Source of the DNA: Cyanophyceae cyanobacterium
GTDB taxonomy: Bacteria > Cyanobacteriota > Cyanobacteriia > Cyanobacteriales > JBHJGN01
DNA: 16,147 bases
Assembly: GCA_050331735.1 (NCBI GenBank)
Contig: JBHJGN010000034.1
Coordinates: 1-16,147, forward strand
Direction of reading: 5' to 3'
Shown here: positions 1 to 8,760 of the stretch, in pieces
Numbering within the stretch: the stretch's first letter is position 1
Layout of the letters: every line of letters begins with the position of its first letter
Notes under the pieces: generated by a model
Told to the model about the DNA's origin: nothing
What the model saw: only the letters and a program-made list of their open reading frames with translations
Databases searched by the model: none
Position numbers and translations under genes: made by a program

Positions 1-61
1 AATGGCTTTGTTTGGGATCTATTTGCTTTGCAGCAATAAGTATGGCATCTATTTGTATAGC

Positions 62-541
62 TCATATTAGGTTGTCACCTCTGAGTTTGGCATCTCTGAG
101 GTTGGCACCGCTGAGGCGGGCATCGCTGAGGTTGGCACCACTTAGATCGGCACCGCGGAGGTTGGCATCGCGGAGGTTAGCACCGTCGAGGTTAGCACCG
201 TTGAGGTCAACACCGCTGAGGTCGATACCACTGAGGTCGGTATCGCTGAGGTCAGCTATCTCTAAATTTCTGTTGTCAATGCGGAACTTGAGAAAAAGAA
301 AGACTCCACCAGCAACCGTCGTGATCGCACCAATACCCCTGACGAAGGTTTCACGATGTTGGCGAGTAAGAGTTGCTCTTTCGTTGTGGGATAGATGACC
401 GTAATCTGGCTGATGTCTACGATTGAGGAGTGACCCAAGCCACCATCCCATCCAGAGAGAGACTGGAGTGGCGATCGCTCCAATTACCCACCACTTGTTG
501 ATTTTTCTCTTTGGCTGCCGCTGCTTGAATCGCTCCCGCAT
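62..541 (-). CDS. Pentapeptide-repeat protein with N-terminal hydrophobic segments; 3' end degraded or low quality
   Basis: Tandem A(D/N)Lxx repeats (ANLDG ANLRD ANLRG ADLSG) follow two hydrophobic stretches. Degenerate repeats continue in frame past the TGA at 62-64 to the window edge. Confidence 0.75.
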   Translation of the reverse strand: MRERFKQRQPKRKINKWWVIGAIATPVSLWMGWWLGSLLNRRHQPDYGHLSHNERATLTRQHRETFVRGIGAITTVAGGVFLFLKFRIDNRNLEIADLSDTDLSGIDLSGVDLNGANLDGANLRDANLRGADLSGANLSDARLSGANLRDAKLRGDNLI

Positions 542-650
542 TCTTAAGGCTCCCTCAATGCTGAACCCATTGTCGCTCCCCTGATTTGGGAACGCTCTAA
601 TATTCTAATATTTATGTACGCTTAACCACCCCATTCACTCCAATGTAGAC

Positions 651-1015
651 AAGTTTCTCGACACGTTCCGGGCGGCCTCGATGCGATTGCGGCGGACGAA
701 AACGTAGCATCCAAAGCCTATCGGGCGATTGGATTGAGCGCAAAGGAGAAACAGGGTCAGCGCTTAGGGGTGAATAGTCATACGAATCTTTCAAAGCTAC
801 GTCAACTGGATTAAACGCCGGATCATGTATCACGGCAAACGACATCCGAGAGCAATGGGTGGAAGAGAAGAAGCAAAAATTCAAAAACGAGTCCGTTGCC
901 ACACGGTTCCGTCATAGTTTTGCTAAGCATTTACGACAAAATGGCTATGACATTCGGACAGTACAAGAATTGCTGGGACATTTTGCATAGCGATACTAAA
1001 AAGCTATTCTTCTAC
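651..1015 (+). pseudogene. intI: Integron integrase (IntI-type tyrosine recombinase) remnant
   Basis: 792-905 reads [38 protein letters not shown]. After a +1 frameshift, 907-990 reads [25 protein letters not shown]. This is the IntI N-terminal motif joined directly to box II, with the central region deleted. In-frame stops lie upstream. Confidence 0.85.
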
Positions 1016-1107
1016 TGCTACTGAATTTAACTGTCGTTATAGTCAAGGCGATCGCTCTACAAAAATCAAATAGCGAGCAAATTTTAAATGAAGAGATTGT
1101 CCATCGC

Positions 1108-1503
1108 TCAAAGGCGAGGACAGGTTTCTAAATCCTCGAAGAGCGTTGGCGGAGCTAAGCCAATCCAGGCATCAACTTTAGCGCGATCGAACCCACATTG
1201 GTAGACCTCTCCTACCTGAATCAGGGGACGACGGATCAAGAGTGGATGTTGGATCATCAGCTCTAAAGCCGCCATTGGGGTTAATTCTTCAGGGACAACA
1301 GCCCCCGACTTAACGGCAGGAGCTGTTTTATTGAACCATTCAGCGACAGGGCGATCGCCAAAAAAGGGTCGCAGGCTAGCAACCGTCCAGGGAGTTTCGA
1401 GGAGATTGTAAGCAACAACTTCATGTCCCGCCGCCCAGAGCAAAGCTTTCTGCTTAGCATTGTTAATGCAGCCTGGTTTTTCATAGAAAATGACTTGTGC
1501 CAT
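1108..1503 (-). CDS. Nitrogenase-associated protein, ArsC/Spx-like family
   Basis: MAQVIFYEKPGCINNAKQK, FNKTAPAVKSG and HPLLIRRPLI motifs. ATG at 1503 preferred over the upstream TTG. Confidence 0.85.
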   Translation of the reverse strand: MAQVIFYEKPGCINNAKQKALLWAAGHEVVAYNLLETPWTVASLRPFFGDRPVAEWFNKTAPAVKSGAVVPEELTPMAALELMIQHPLLIRRPLIQVGEVYQCGFDRAKVDAWIGLAPPTLFEDLETCPRL

Positions 1504-1569
1504 CGTTGCCTCCAGTGTCAAGGACTCTGTTGATGGTTGGTGGTTGATTCATTGATCATTGATCACTGC

Positions 1570-2136
1570 TTACTGGTTACTGCTCACTGCCTCTGAGTAA
1601 TGCGCTGCAAGCAGGGAGGCAAGGGAACGAGGATTGACGTAGGCATGTCTGACTCGACCCGGCATCAAAATGAAGCTGGGCGCTTGTTTGCATTGCTTCT
1701 GACAGCCAGTGAGTTCGATTTTGACTCGATCTTGTAGTCCCAACTGTTTGAGGGTTTCTACCAGAGCATAGTAGAGTTGCTTGCCTCCTCGTTTAGAACA
1801 GCTCGAGTTGTAACAGAGCAGAATCTTGCCCTGTTGTGAAGCGGCAGATTTAAAGACGGAGGATTTGTTGTCAGCGTCGAGTCGTTCCACATGGTCAGTT
1901 CTTAATTTGAGACTTCCTAACCCTGAACCCGATTTCTCTAGAAATACCGCGAGGCGATCGCCTTCTGTCAGTTGTTGACCCAGAGTAGCCCGTAATTCTT
2001 TGGCCAGTTTGATCGGAACGATCCGCTCTCCTACCCGAAACTGCATGTATTTAGATTCACCTCCAGGCAGGGGGATAAAACCCAGAAATTCTCCCTCAAT
2101 CTGATGGGTCGCTGGTTGAGCGTTAATAGTTTTCAT
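1570..2136 (-). CDS. Thioredoxin-like [2Fe-2S] ferredoxin-domain protein with an extra N-terminal domain
   Basis: C-terminal C-x4-C (CYNSSC) and C-x3-C (GCQKQC..AP) ligand pattern. ATG at 2136. Confidence 0.8.
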   Translation of the reverse strand: MKTINAQPATHQIEGEFLGFIPLPGGESKYMQFRVGERIVPIKLAKELRATLGQQLTEGDRLAVFLEKSGSGLGSLKLRTDHVERLDADNKSSVFKSAASQQGKILLCYNSSCSKRGGKQLYYALVETLKQLGLQDRVKIELTGCQKQCKQAPSFILMPGRVRHAYVNPRSLASLLAAHYSEAVSSNQ

Positions 2137-2202
2137 CGTGTCTATATCCGTGAACAGTGAGCGGTCAACAATTAACAATCAGCAAGGAGCAATTAACAGT
2201 TC

Positions 2203-3168
2203 CTAACGACTCGTTACCAAGGCTTTTTCTTCCTCTAAGTCTTGGAATAGAGGAGTGCTTAAATATCGTTCGCCGAAACTGGGCTGAATCATGACAATTA
2301 ATTTGCCCGCATTTTCTGGGCGTTTGCCCACTTTAATCGCGGCGGCTAGGGCAGCCCCGGCAGAAATGCCGGAAAGTAAGCCTTCTTCGCGGGCTAAACG
2401 ACGACCAAAATCAAAAGCTTCGTCGTTAGTGACGGTGACAATTTCATCAATCATCTCCACATTTAAGACATCGGGCACAAAACCCGCACCGATGCCCTGA
2501 ATTTTGTGGCTGCCGGGACTGCCCCCAGAAAGAACGGGGCTATCGGTTGGTTCAACGGCGATCGCCTGAAAACTCGGTTTGCGTACTTTGATGGTTTCGG
2601 CAATGCCCGTAATGGTTCCTCCTGTGCCGACACCCGCAATCAAGATATCTACCTCTCCGTCGGTATCAGACCAGATCTCTTCCGCCGTTGTCGAGCGGTG
2701 GATTTCTGGGTTCGCCGGATTTTTAAACTGCTGGGGCATAAAGCTATTGGTCAGGGATGTAGCTAGCTCTTCAGCGCGGGCGATCGCTCCTTTCATACCG
2801 CCACTGGCGGGAGTTAATTCTAGCTGTGCTCCGTAAGCTTTCAACATGGCCCGTCGCTCTTTACTCATGCTTTCGGGCATAGTGAGGATGATTTTGTAGC
2901 CCTTCGCCGCCGCCGCCATTGCTAGTCCAATTCCTGTGTTACCAGAAGTCGGCTCGATCAAGACGGTTTGACCCGGGGTAATTAACCCAGCTTGTTCTGC
3001 CGCATTAATCATGTTCACTCCAATGCGGTCTTTTACTGAGGCAGCCGGATTCATGCTCTCTAATTTGACTACGATTTGAGCCAGACAGCCTTCCGCAAAG
3101 GGAATCGAATTTAAGCGCACTAAAGGAGTCTTTCCAACTAGTTCCGTGACATTATTCGCGATTTTCAT
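2203..3168 (-). CDS. cysK: Cysteine synthase A (O-acetylserine sulfhydrylase)
   Basis: SVKDRIG (PLP lysine), [22 protein letters not shown] and [10 protein letters not shown] motifs. Confidence 0.96.
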   Translation of the reverse strand: MKIANNVTELVGKTPLVRLNSIPFAEGCLAQIVVKLESMNPAASVKDRIGVNMINAAEQAGLITPGQTVLIEPTSGNTGIGLAMAAAAKGYKIILTMPESMSKERRAMLKAYGAQLELTPASGGMKGAIARAEELATSLTNSFMPQQFKNPANPEIHRSTTAEEIWSDTDGEVDILIAGVGTGGTITGIAETIKVRKPSFQAIAVEPTDSPVLSGGSPGSHKIQGIGAGFVPDVLNVEMIDEIVTVTNDEAFDFGRRLAREEGLLSGISAGAALAAAIKVGKRPENAGKLIVMIQPSFGERYLSTPLFQDLEEEKALVTSR

Positions 3169-3367
3169 AGTGAATCAGTGAATGGTAAATTTTGCTTCTA
3201 TAGAGAATAGTTTCAAGTTTTTGCTTTTTGTTAATTGTTGATGGCTTATTGTCCTCTGGTACTGCCCTTCTCTAGCTCACTAATTTGAACGTTATTGTAA
3301 ACCCTATCAAGATGAGGAAACAATCAACAACCAGGATGTCCGATATTTCATATAACTGAAGACTACC

Positions 3368-3631
3368 CTACTGTCCCTCTGAAACCGAGGATAATTCTGG
3401 ATACAAGCCTAACTGTTTGGCAAGCTGACGAGCAATAAAGATGAGGAACTGAGCGCCTTCTTGGTTGTTTTCGTGGGCCATAATGGTCGCCACCTGCATA
3501 ACAGTTCTAATAAAATTCTCATCGATGAGCTCGGCACTAGCATCTAGAACCTCCGGTTCTTTGCCGTTGGGACAGCGAAGCAGGCGATCGATTAATTGCA
3601 GGTATTCTTCTTGGCGTTGGTTGTCGGTCAT
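3368..3631 (-). CDS. Small cyanobacterial hypothetical protein (87 aa)
   Basis: Clean ATG ORF 21 nt downstream of the previous gene. YLQLIDRLLRCPNGKEPEVL resembles a recurrent cyanobacterial helical motif. Confidence 0.75.
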   Translation of the reverse strand: MTDNQRQEEYLQLIDRLLRCPNGKEPEVLDASAELIDENFIRTVMQVATIMAHENNQEGAQFLIFIARQLAKQLGLYPELSSVSEGQ

Positions 3632-3652
3632 TGGATTTGTCCTTGTTGATTT

Positions 3653-4138
3653 TTATTCATCTTCATCAGGAGATTGGGTGAGCACTTCAAAGACGGTCGT
3701 AGCACAAAACTCGCGGCTGTCATCAAGTTCTTTAACTCTTTGAGTCACAAGCTTGGCTTGTTCGATTTTGCCAAGCTGAGCGAGAACTAAACCTGATGCA
3801 GCATAGGCATTAAGATACAGGCGAATCTGAGGGTCTTGTTTGCGAGACTGTAGAAGCGATCGCAGTTGCGACCATTCGACGGGAAGATTCTCTTTGATAG
3901 CAATTAACTGGAGAACCTGTTGAACAATGGAGAGGGCGACAGCGGGTTGATGTTTGTAGAAAAAGAAACGATACGCTCCTACTAAAACATCCAGATTGTT
4001 TCCCGCTCTTAATAAAGCTTCCTTGACATAATCTTCAGCGAGTCCAGTGTATTCCCAATTTTCGCTGGCCAACAGCAATAACTGTTTAACTTCTGGTTCA
4101 ATATTATACCAAGAAACTTGCTCTTGAATTGTTTGCAT
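3653..4138 (-). CDS. Hypothetical helical (TPR-like) protein
   Basis: 161-aa ATG ORF co-oriented with the left arm, with VLVGAYRFFFYK and YLNAYAASGLVLAQLG helical motifs. Confidence 0.75.
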   Translation of the reverse strand: MQTIQEQVSWYNIEPEVKQLLLLASENWEYTGLAEDYVKEALLRAGNNLDVLVGAYRFFFYKHQPAVALSIVQQVLQLIAIKENLPVEWSQLRSLLQSRKQDPQIRLYLNAYAASGLVLAQLGKIEQAKLVTQRVKELDDSREFCATTVFEVLTQSPDEDE

Positions 4139-4179
4139 AATTGGTGAGTTAGCAATAATATTACATCTAGTTAACCAAT

Positions 4180-4239
4180 TAGTGGTTGATGGTTAGTTGA
4201 CATTGGTCTTCATTGGCAACAATTAACCAAAAACCACTA
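4180..4239. repeat. Imperfect inverted repeat built from STRR-like heptamers
   Basis: TAGTGGTTgaTGGTTAGTTG (4180-4199) pairs with CAATTAACCAaaAACCACTA (4220-4239). Confidence 0.6.
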
Positions 4240-4377
4240 GCTAAGGAAACAGTTCAACAAAGTTTAACTATTTCAATAGGGCATAAACTAAGCAAGCTTG
4301 CCGCAAGGACTCGTTATCTATGTTTTTTTACCTTGCATTAGTATCTTTGTCGCTAAAGACAGAAACTAGACGATAGA

Positions 4378-4527
4378 CTAATTGTTTGCTTCCATTAATG
4401 GCAGTCTTTCCACTGAAGATGTTTTGTCAAATACTTCTGGAGTTAGATTGCTAGAGGTAAAAGCAAGAGTTAGGATGAGAACTAAAATAGTTGCTATTTC
4501 TTCTCGAACGTTTTCTGAATCTTTCAT
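4378..4527 (-). CDS. Candidate 49-aa small protein with one hydrophobic segment
   Basis: MKDSENVREEIATILVLILTLAFTSSNLTPEVFDKTSSVERLPLMEANN*, with AGTAGG 4 nt before the ATG. Too short for the supplied ORF track. Confidence 0.4.
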   Translation of the reverse strand: MKDSENVREEIATILVLILTLAFTSSNLTPEVFDKTSSVERLPLMEANN

Positions 4528-4804
4528 AGTGCCTACTAGAATTCGTTGCTAATTAGTGCTAACGCTCCTCATTTAAAGCTTAATAAAAATCTCCAAATGC
4601 TCTCACTGTTGGTTCAGCTTAAAGGTATCTTCCCGTTCCACAATGAACTTTGTCTGGAATTGTCCAACATCTGCCGATCGCACAACTCTGAATTGGATCG
4701 TTTGGAAAAGACATCGAACATCAAAGCCAGAGTCAACAGAAGAATGAGAAACTTACGACGAACAGCTAAAGACATTTGGAGATCTTGTGAGTAATCCTTT
4801 TAAA

Positions 4805-4965
4805 AGGAGGCAGAAGGGGATGCTTGGGAAGAAGCTTGACACCTTTCCTCTACTCCTGCTCTCCCTACAAGAAAACACGGGGGGCGCGTCGTATGCGCTA
4901 CGGTAAGATGTCCGTGGAGAGGTTTGTATCCTTGGGGGAGTGAAGGATCAAACCTTCTGCCTCCT
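4805..4965. repeat. MITE-like element bounded by 13-bp perfect inverted repeats
   Basis: AGGAGGCAGAAGG (4805-4817) and CCTTCTGCCTCCT (4953-4965), plus an internal hairpin at about 4920-4955. Confidence 0.5.
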
Positions 4966-4969
4966 GCCC

Positions 4970-5007
4970 TCTGTATAACCGAAGGCAAAGGTCTTCGGTT
5001 ATACAGA
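4970..5007 (-). terminator. 15-bp perfect hairpin overlapping the fdxB stop (terminator or stabiliser)
   Basis: TCTGTATAACCGAAG (4970-4984) and CTTCGGTTATACAGA (4993-5007), with an 8-nt loop and no U-tract. Confidence 0.55.
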
Positions 5008-5292
5008 TGCAAGTTCGTGAGTATGGCATTTCTTAGGACAAATTCGAGCACAGGCTTCACAACCGATGCATTTTGAGGCATCAACAATGGTCATAACCTG
5101 GCGTTCGATATCATCGTCATCATCTTCGTCGATAAATTCGCCAAATTCGTTCATGGGTTTCAAGCCGAGGACGTTGCGACCGCAGACTTTAAAACATCTG
5201 CCACAGCCAAGACACGTTTCTTGATTAATTTCTGTGATGAATTTAGGTTCCCAAGCTAATCCGCCTTGAGTTAAACCAGTTAGGGTAGCCAT
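4999..5292 (-). CDS. fdxB: Nif-specific ferredoxin III, 2[4Fe-4S]
   Basis: [11 protein letters not shown] and [11 protein letters not shown] motifs, an acidic insertion (DEDDDDD), and the N-terminal GLTxGG..WEPKF. Confidence 0.9.
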   Translation of the reverse strand: MATLTGLTQGGLAWEPKFITEINQETCLGCGRCFKVCGRNVLGLKPMNEFGEFIDEDDDDDIERQVMTIVDASKCIGCEACARICPKKCHTHELASV

Positions 5293-5348
5293 GAGTGTTC
5301 TCCTTTAAGTAGTTAGCTTTTGTTTATTAGAGATGAATCACGAAGAAA

Positions 5349-5549
5349 TTACAGCTTTGTAGCATTGAAAGTTTGAGGAAGTTTAGTGTCGTCTTCTAAA
5401 TTCTTAAAAGACAACTGCCAACCATTTGCTAAAGTCAAAATTTTGCCTTCTGGAGTCGTAGACTGCTCGACGACTTCTTCTTCTAAATCTTTCTTGGGAA
5501 CATAAACAGAAAGATGCCCGAGGTCGTTTTTGTGCAACATTACTTTCAT
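5349..5549 (-). CDS. nifT: NifT/FixU
   Basis: MKVML..LSVYVPKKDLEEEVV..LANGW signature, 66 aa. Confidence 0.93.
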   Translation of the reverse strand: MKVMLHKNDLGHLSVYVPKKDLEEEVVEQSTTPEGKILTLANGWQLSFKNLEDDTKLPQTFNATKL

Positions 5550-5578
5550 GATGATTGATGGTGGTAAGGGGATAATTG

Positions 5579-5624
5579 GTCATTGGTCCTTTGTCCTTCG
5601 TGCTGATAACAAAGGACTAATGAC
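5579..5624 (-). repeat. STRR-derived hairpin overlapping the nifV stop
   Basis: GTCATTGGTCCTTTGT (5579-5594) and ACAAAGGACTAATGAC (5609-5624), 15 of 16 positions paired. Confidence 0.7.
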
Positions 5625-6729
5625 TGGCGACTAACGACAACAACTCATTAGGGGTTAAGCTGCGCTTCAACTCCACCGAGAGATCCCGGACAGCATCGAC
5701 GAGCGATCGCGTTTCTTCTGTACTGAGAGTGATGCCGTACTGCTGAAGCAGGTTCGTGACGAGATGTTTGCCAGTATGTTTGCCAATCACTAAGCTCCGT
5801 TCGCGTCCGACTTCTTCCGGGGTAAAGGGTTCGTAGGTGGCAGGGTTTTGCAGGACACCGTGCCCGTGAATGCCAGATTCGTGGGCAAAGGCATTCTTGC
5901 CGACGATCGCTTTCCAGGGGGGGACGTCGCAGCCAGAAGCATTCACAACAAACTCGGAGATTTCTTTGAAGCGGCGGGTATCAACCCCGATATTTAGGCC
6001 ATAGATGCGCTTGAGCGCCATGACAACCTCCTCTAACGCCGCATTTCCCGCTCTTTCTCCTAAACCATTGACGGTGGTATTGACCGACGTGGCTCCGGCT
6101 CTAACGCCTGCTAAAGCGTTGGCTGTCGCCATTCCTAGATCATTGTGGGTGTGCATTTCGACAGGGATAACGAGCCGACTGACGAGCTGCTTGACCTTAT
6201 CGTAGGTAGTGAGGGGATCGAGAATGCCCACCGTATCGCAGAACCGAAAGCGAGAGGCTCCCCACTCTTGCGCTGCTAGGGCGACATCGAGCAAGAACTG
6301 AGCATCGGCGCGGGAGGAATCTTCGCCACCGACAGACACATACAGACCGCGATCGCGGGCATAGCTAATTGTACTTTGCAGTCGGTCGAAAACAAGCTGA
6401 CAGTTCCCCTCAAATTTGACCGCGATCTGAATTTCTGAGACGGGAACGGAGATATGCACCCGCTGTAGTCCACAGGCGAGAGAAGCATCAATATCCGAAC
6501 GGACAGCGCGGTTCCAGCCCGTGAGGAGGGTTCGTAAACCGAGGCGAGTCATCTCTGTAATGGCAGTGGCTTCGGTGCTGCCCATGGCCGGAATACCAAC
6601 CTCTAGTTCCTGAACGCCGATGGTATCCATGAGCGTTGCAAAGACAACTTTTTCGGCGACGGTAAACGCGACTCCGGCGGCTTGTTCTCCATCTCGTAAC
6701 GTGGTGTCGTTAATCTGAATCGGTGGCAT
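5617..6729 (-). CDS. nifV: Homocitrate synthase
   Basis: DTTLRDGEQ, ELEVGIPAMG, HTHNDLG, GLGERAGNA and AHESGIH motifs, in nif context. Confidence 0.95.
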   Translation of the reverse strand: MPPIQINDTTLRDGEQAAGVAFTVAEKVVFATLMDTIGVQELEVGIPAMGSTEATAITEMTRLGLRTLLTGWNRAVRSDIDASLACGLQRVHISVPVSEIQIAVKFEGNCQLVFDRLQSTISYARDRGLYVSVGGEDSSRADAQFLLDVALAAQEWGASRFRFCDTVGILDPLTTYDKVKQLVSRLVIPVEMHTHNDLGMATANALAGVRAGATSVNTTVNGLGERAGNAALEEVVMALKRIYGLNIGVDTRRFKEISEFVVNASGCDVPPWKAIVGKNAFAHESGIHGHGVLQNPATYEPFTPEEVGRERSLVIGKHTGKHLVTNLLQQYGITLSTEETRSLVDAVRDLSVELKRSLTPNELLSLVASH

Positions 6730-6741
6730 GATAATCGAACC

Positions 6742-6960
6742 TCAGTAGTTTAAGAGTGTTAACCGGGAGCGGTCGTCTAACCAATCAAAGAGGCGGTCTA
6801 ATTGTTGGCAGGTGACTAAGCCGTATTGCCAGAGCAGCATGGGGATAGGAGCATTGAGTTCCTCTTGCTTCTGCATGACCAACTCGATTTCGGCAGCAGA
6901 TACCGTCAACTCATCCTGTAAAAATCGACCTAATTCCGTGACTTCATTCAATTCCATCAT
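6742..6960 (-). CDS. DUF2949 family protein
   Basis: FLQDEL...PMLLWQYGLVTCQQLDRLFDWL signature. Confidence 0.85.
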   Translation of the reverse strand: MMELNEVTELGRFLQDELTVSAAEIELVMQKQEELNAPIPMLLWQYGLVTCQQLDRLFDWLDDRSRLTLLNY

Positions 6961-6991
6961 TCAATACCTGTTTAGCCTATTGGGATGGGTT

Positions 6992-7013
6992 GGATGGGGA
7001 CTTAACCCCATCC
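6992..7013 (-). other. GC-rich intergenic stem-loop after dps
   Basis: GGATGGGG (6992-6999) and CCCCATCC (7006-7013), with a 6-nt loop. Confidence 0.55.
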
Positions 7014-7026
7014 TGGTATCGGCAAC

Positions 7027-7581
7027 TTAACGACTGTTTCCGTTCCCCACGAATGCCAGTGTGAGGCTGTCGTGAGCGAGGAAGTGAGCCAGATGGAAGG
7101 CTCTTTCTTCAGTTTTTAAGAGAATTTGCTCATAGAGATAACGGGTGGCGCGATCGCCGACGCTTTCTGCTTGAGCCGATTGACGGCGAACCAGCTCAAT
7201 CACCTTCTGTTCGGCAGCGAGATCGTTTTCGATCATCTGACGACAGTCGAAGATGCCATCGTCTTCGGGAGTAAAGCAGCACAGTTCAGCTAATTTAGTA
7301 AAGCTAGCCGCAGGAGTGCCTCCCAACCCATTTAAGCGTTCGCCAATCTCGTGGGCGTGTTCCTGCACCGCATCGTAACTCTCTTGGAAGTATTGATGGA
7401 TCGAATAGAATTCCGAACCTTCTACCACGAAGTGATGCTTTTGGTATTGCAGATATAGCCCTTGGAAGCTTGCTAGAGCTAGATTTAATCCTTCACACAC
7501 AGGAGTGGTGACTTCTTTATCTAGACCAATAACATTGTTGGCAACTTCTCCGAAGGATTGCAGGATTGTTGTTTGTGTCAT
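7027..7581 (-). CDS. dps: Dps/ferritin-like protein (cyanobacterial DpsA type)
   Basis: [30 protein letters not shown] and [19 protein letters not shown] motifs. Confidence 0.9.
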   Translation of the reverse strand: MTQTTILQSFGEVANNVIGLDKEVTTPVCEGLNLALASFQGLYLQYQKHHFVVEGSEFYSIHQYFQESYDAVQEHAHEIGERLNGLGGTPAASFTKLAELCCFTPEDDGIFDCRQMIENDLAAEQKVIELVRRQSAQAESVGDRATRYLYEQILLKTEERAFHLAHFLAHDSLTLAFVGNGNSR

Positions 7582-7592
7582 GATTTTTGGGG

Positions 7593-7753
7593 GTTGATGG
7601 TTGATGGTTAATAGTTGATGGTTGATAGCTAATAGTTTTGTTCTTGGTCATCTGTTATTCGTCTTCGGTACACAGCCATTAATTCAAGCTGCTGATTAAT
7701 GAGCCATGAACCGTGAACAATCAACAATGAACAATGAACTAACGACTAACAAC
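7593..7753 (-). repeat. Dispersed STRR-flanked repeat element, copy A
   Basis: The reverse complement shares GTTGTTAGTCGTTAG, GGTTCATGGCTCATT, GCTGTGTACC, AAGAACAAA and ATCAACTATTAACCA, in order, with 12930-13046. Confidence 0.8.
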
Positions 7754-8005
7754 GCTTGATTCGGTTTCCCAGCATCGCTCTAACCAGTCGGTTAACTCAT
7801 AACGAGTGCTAGCGAATTGCTGTATGGTACTGCGGAGCAGAATGGCATCGATGCAGTGATCGATTTCTACCCAGAGCGTGCCATCTTGAGGACACCAGCA
7901 GGAAATATTGAGTTCTTGCAGGCGACGATAGACGCTCCAGCGATCGCTGCGATGAATTTTGGCAACCTGACTGACGAAGGCATCAGGGCGAGTGATGTTA
8001 TTCAT
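7739..8005 (-). CDS. Asr1405/Asl0597 family protein
   Basis: [18 protein letters not shown] and LTDWLERCW motifs. Start overlaps the cysE end by 8 nt. Confidence 0.85.
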   Translation of the reverse strand: MNNITRPDAFVSQVAKIHRSDRWSVYRRLQELNISCWCPQDGTLWVEIDHCIDAILLRSTIQQFASTRYELTDWLERCWETESSVVSR

Positions 8006-8708
8006 AATTTTGGGGGGTGTAGAGGGTTAATTTCTGTATCTGTTGTTCCAAATTTTCAATCCGCTCTAGTAGAGCGCGGATCACCTTGGCTTCAGGGTCG
8101 GGGAGTTTGCCGTGTTCGAGAGGGCAGCCATGACCCGTGCGGGAGACGATGCGACCAGGCACTCCTACCACTGTGCAATCATCAGGAACTTCCCGCAGCA
8201 CAATCGAACCCGCGCCAACGCGAACGTTATTTCCGATATTAATATTGCCTAGAATTTTGGCCCCAGCACCGACAACAACGTTGTTGCCTAGAGTCGGATG
8301 GCGTTTTCCCGTTTGTTTGCCGGTGCCGCCAAGAGTGACATTTTGATAAATGAGACAGTAATCTCCGACGATGGCGGTTTCGCCAATCACAACTCCCATG
8401 CCGTGATCGATAAACACTCCCTTACCAACCGTTGCTCCCGGATGAATTTCAATTCCGGTGAGTAATCTGCCCACCTGGGAAAGAACGCGGGGCACTAGAG
8501 GAACCTGCTGCTGCCACAGCCAGTGAGCGACGCGATGAAACGCCAGGGCATGAACGCCAGGGTAGCAAATCAGTACCTCTAGCCAATTCGTGGCGGCGGG
8601 GTCGCGCTCAAAGATAATTTTAAGATCTGTCCAGATTGTCAGCCCTGGTAGAGCGGCCCACCATTGGCGGGACTTTTGACCTCGGTTGATAGTTAGTATC
8701 TGTTGCAC
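7998..8708 (-). CDS. cysE: Serine O-acetyltransferase (nif-associated CysE/NifP)
   Basis: [29 protein letters not shown] and KRHPTLG hexapeptide motifs. GTG start, exact position uncertain. Confidence 0.93.
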   Translation of the reverse strand: MQQILTINRGQKSRQWWAALPGLTIWTDLKIIFERDPAATNWLEVLICYPGVHALAFHRVAHWLWQQQVPLVPRVLSQVGRLLTGIEIHPGATVGKGVFIDHGMGVVIGETAIVGDYCLIYQNVTLGGTGKQTGKRHPTLGNNVVVGAGAKILGNINIGNNVRVGAGSIVLREVPDDCTVVGVPGRIVSRTGHGCPLEHGKLPDPEAKVIRALLERIENLEQQIQKLTLYTPQNYE

Positions 8709-8760
8709 GATCTTGGTGGGGGTGAGCTGGGGTGGTTTGGTTTAAATCTCTTTGTAATGC

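Noticed and set aside
12..398. Plus-strand 128-aa ORF rich in LAPLR repeats
   Set aside because: It is the antisense shadow of the pentapeptide repeats.
612..902. Minus-strand 96-aa ORF
   Set aside because: It lies antisense to the integrase remnant and has no recognisable motif.
651..1015. XisA/XisC-type excisase of a nif-interrupting element
   Set aside because: The motifs are IntI-specific, and fdxN, nifH and the visible part of nifD carry no insertion.
1024..1042. Possible attC (ATTTAAC...GTTATAG)
   Set aside because: The cores are only 4 nt apart, far too short for an attC, and no L boxes are present.
4546..4794. Plus-strand 82-aa ORF, or a frameshifted zinc-ribbon remnant (KCSHC...WNCP in another frame)
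   Set aside because: There is no SD or recognisable family, and the zinc-ribbon reading needs several assumed frameshifts.
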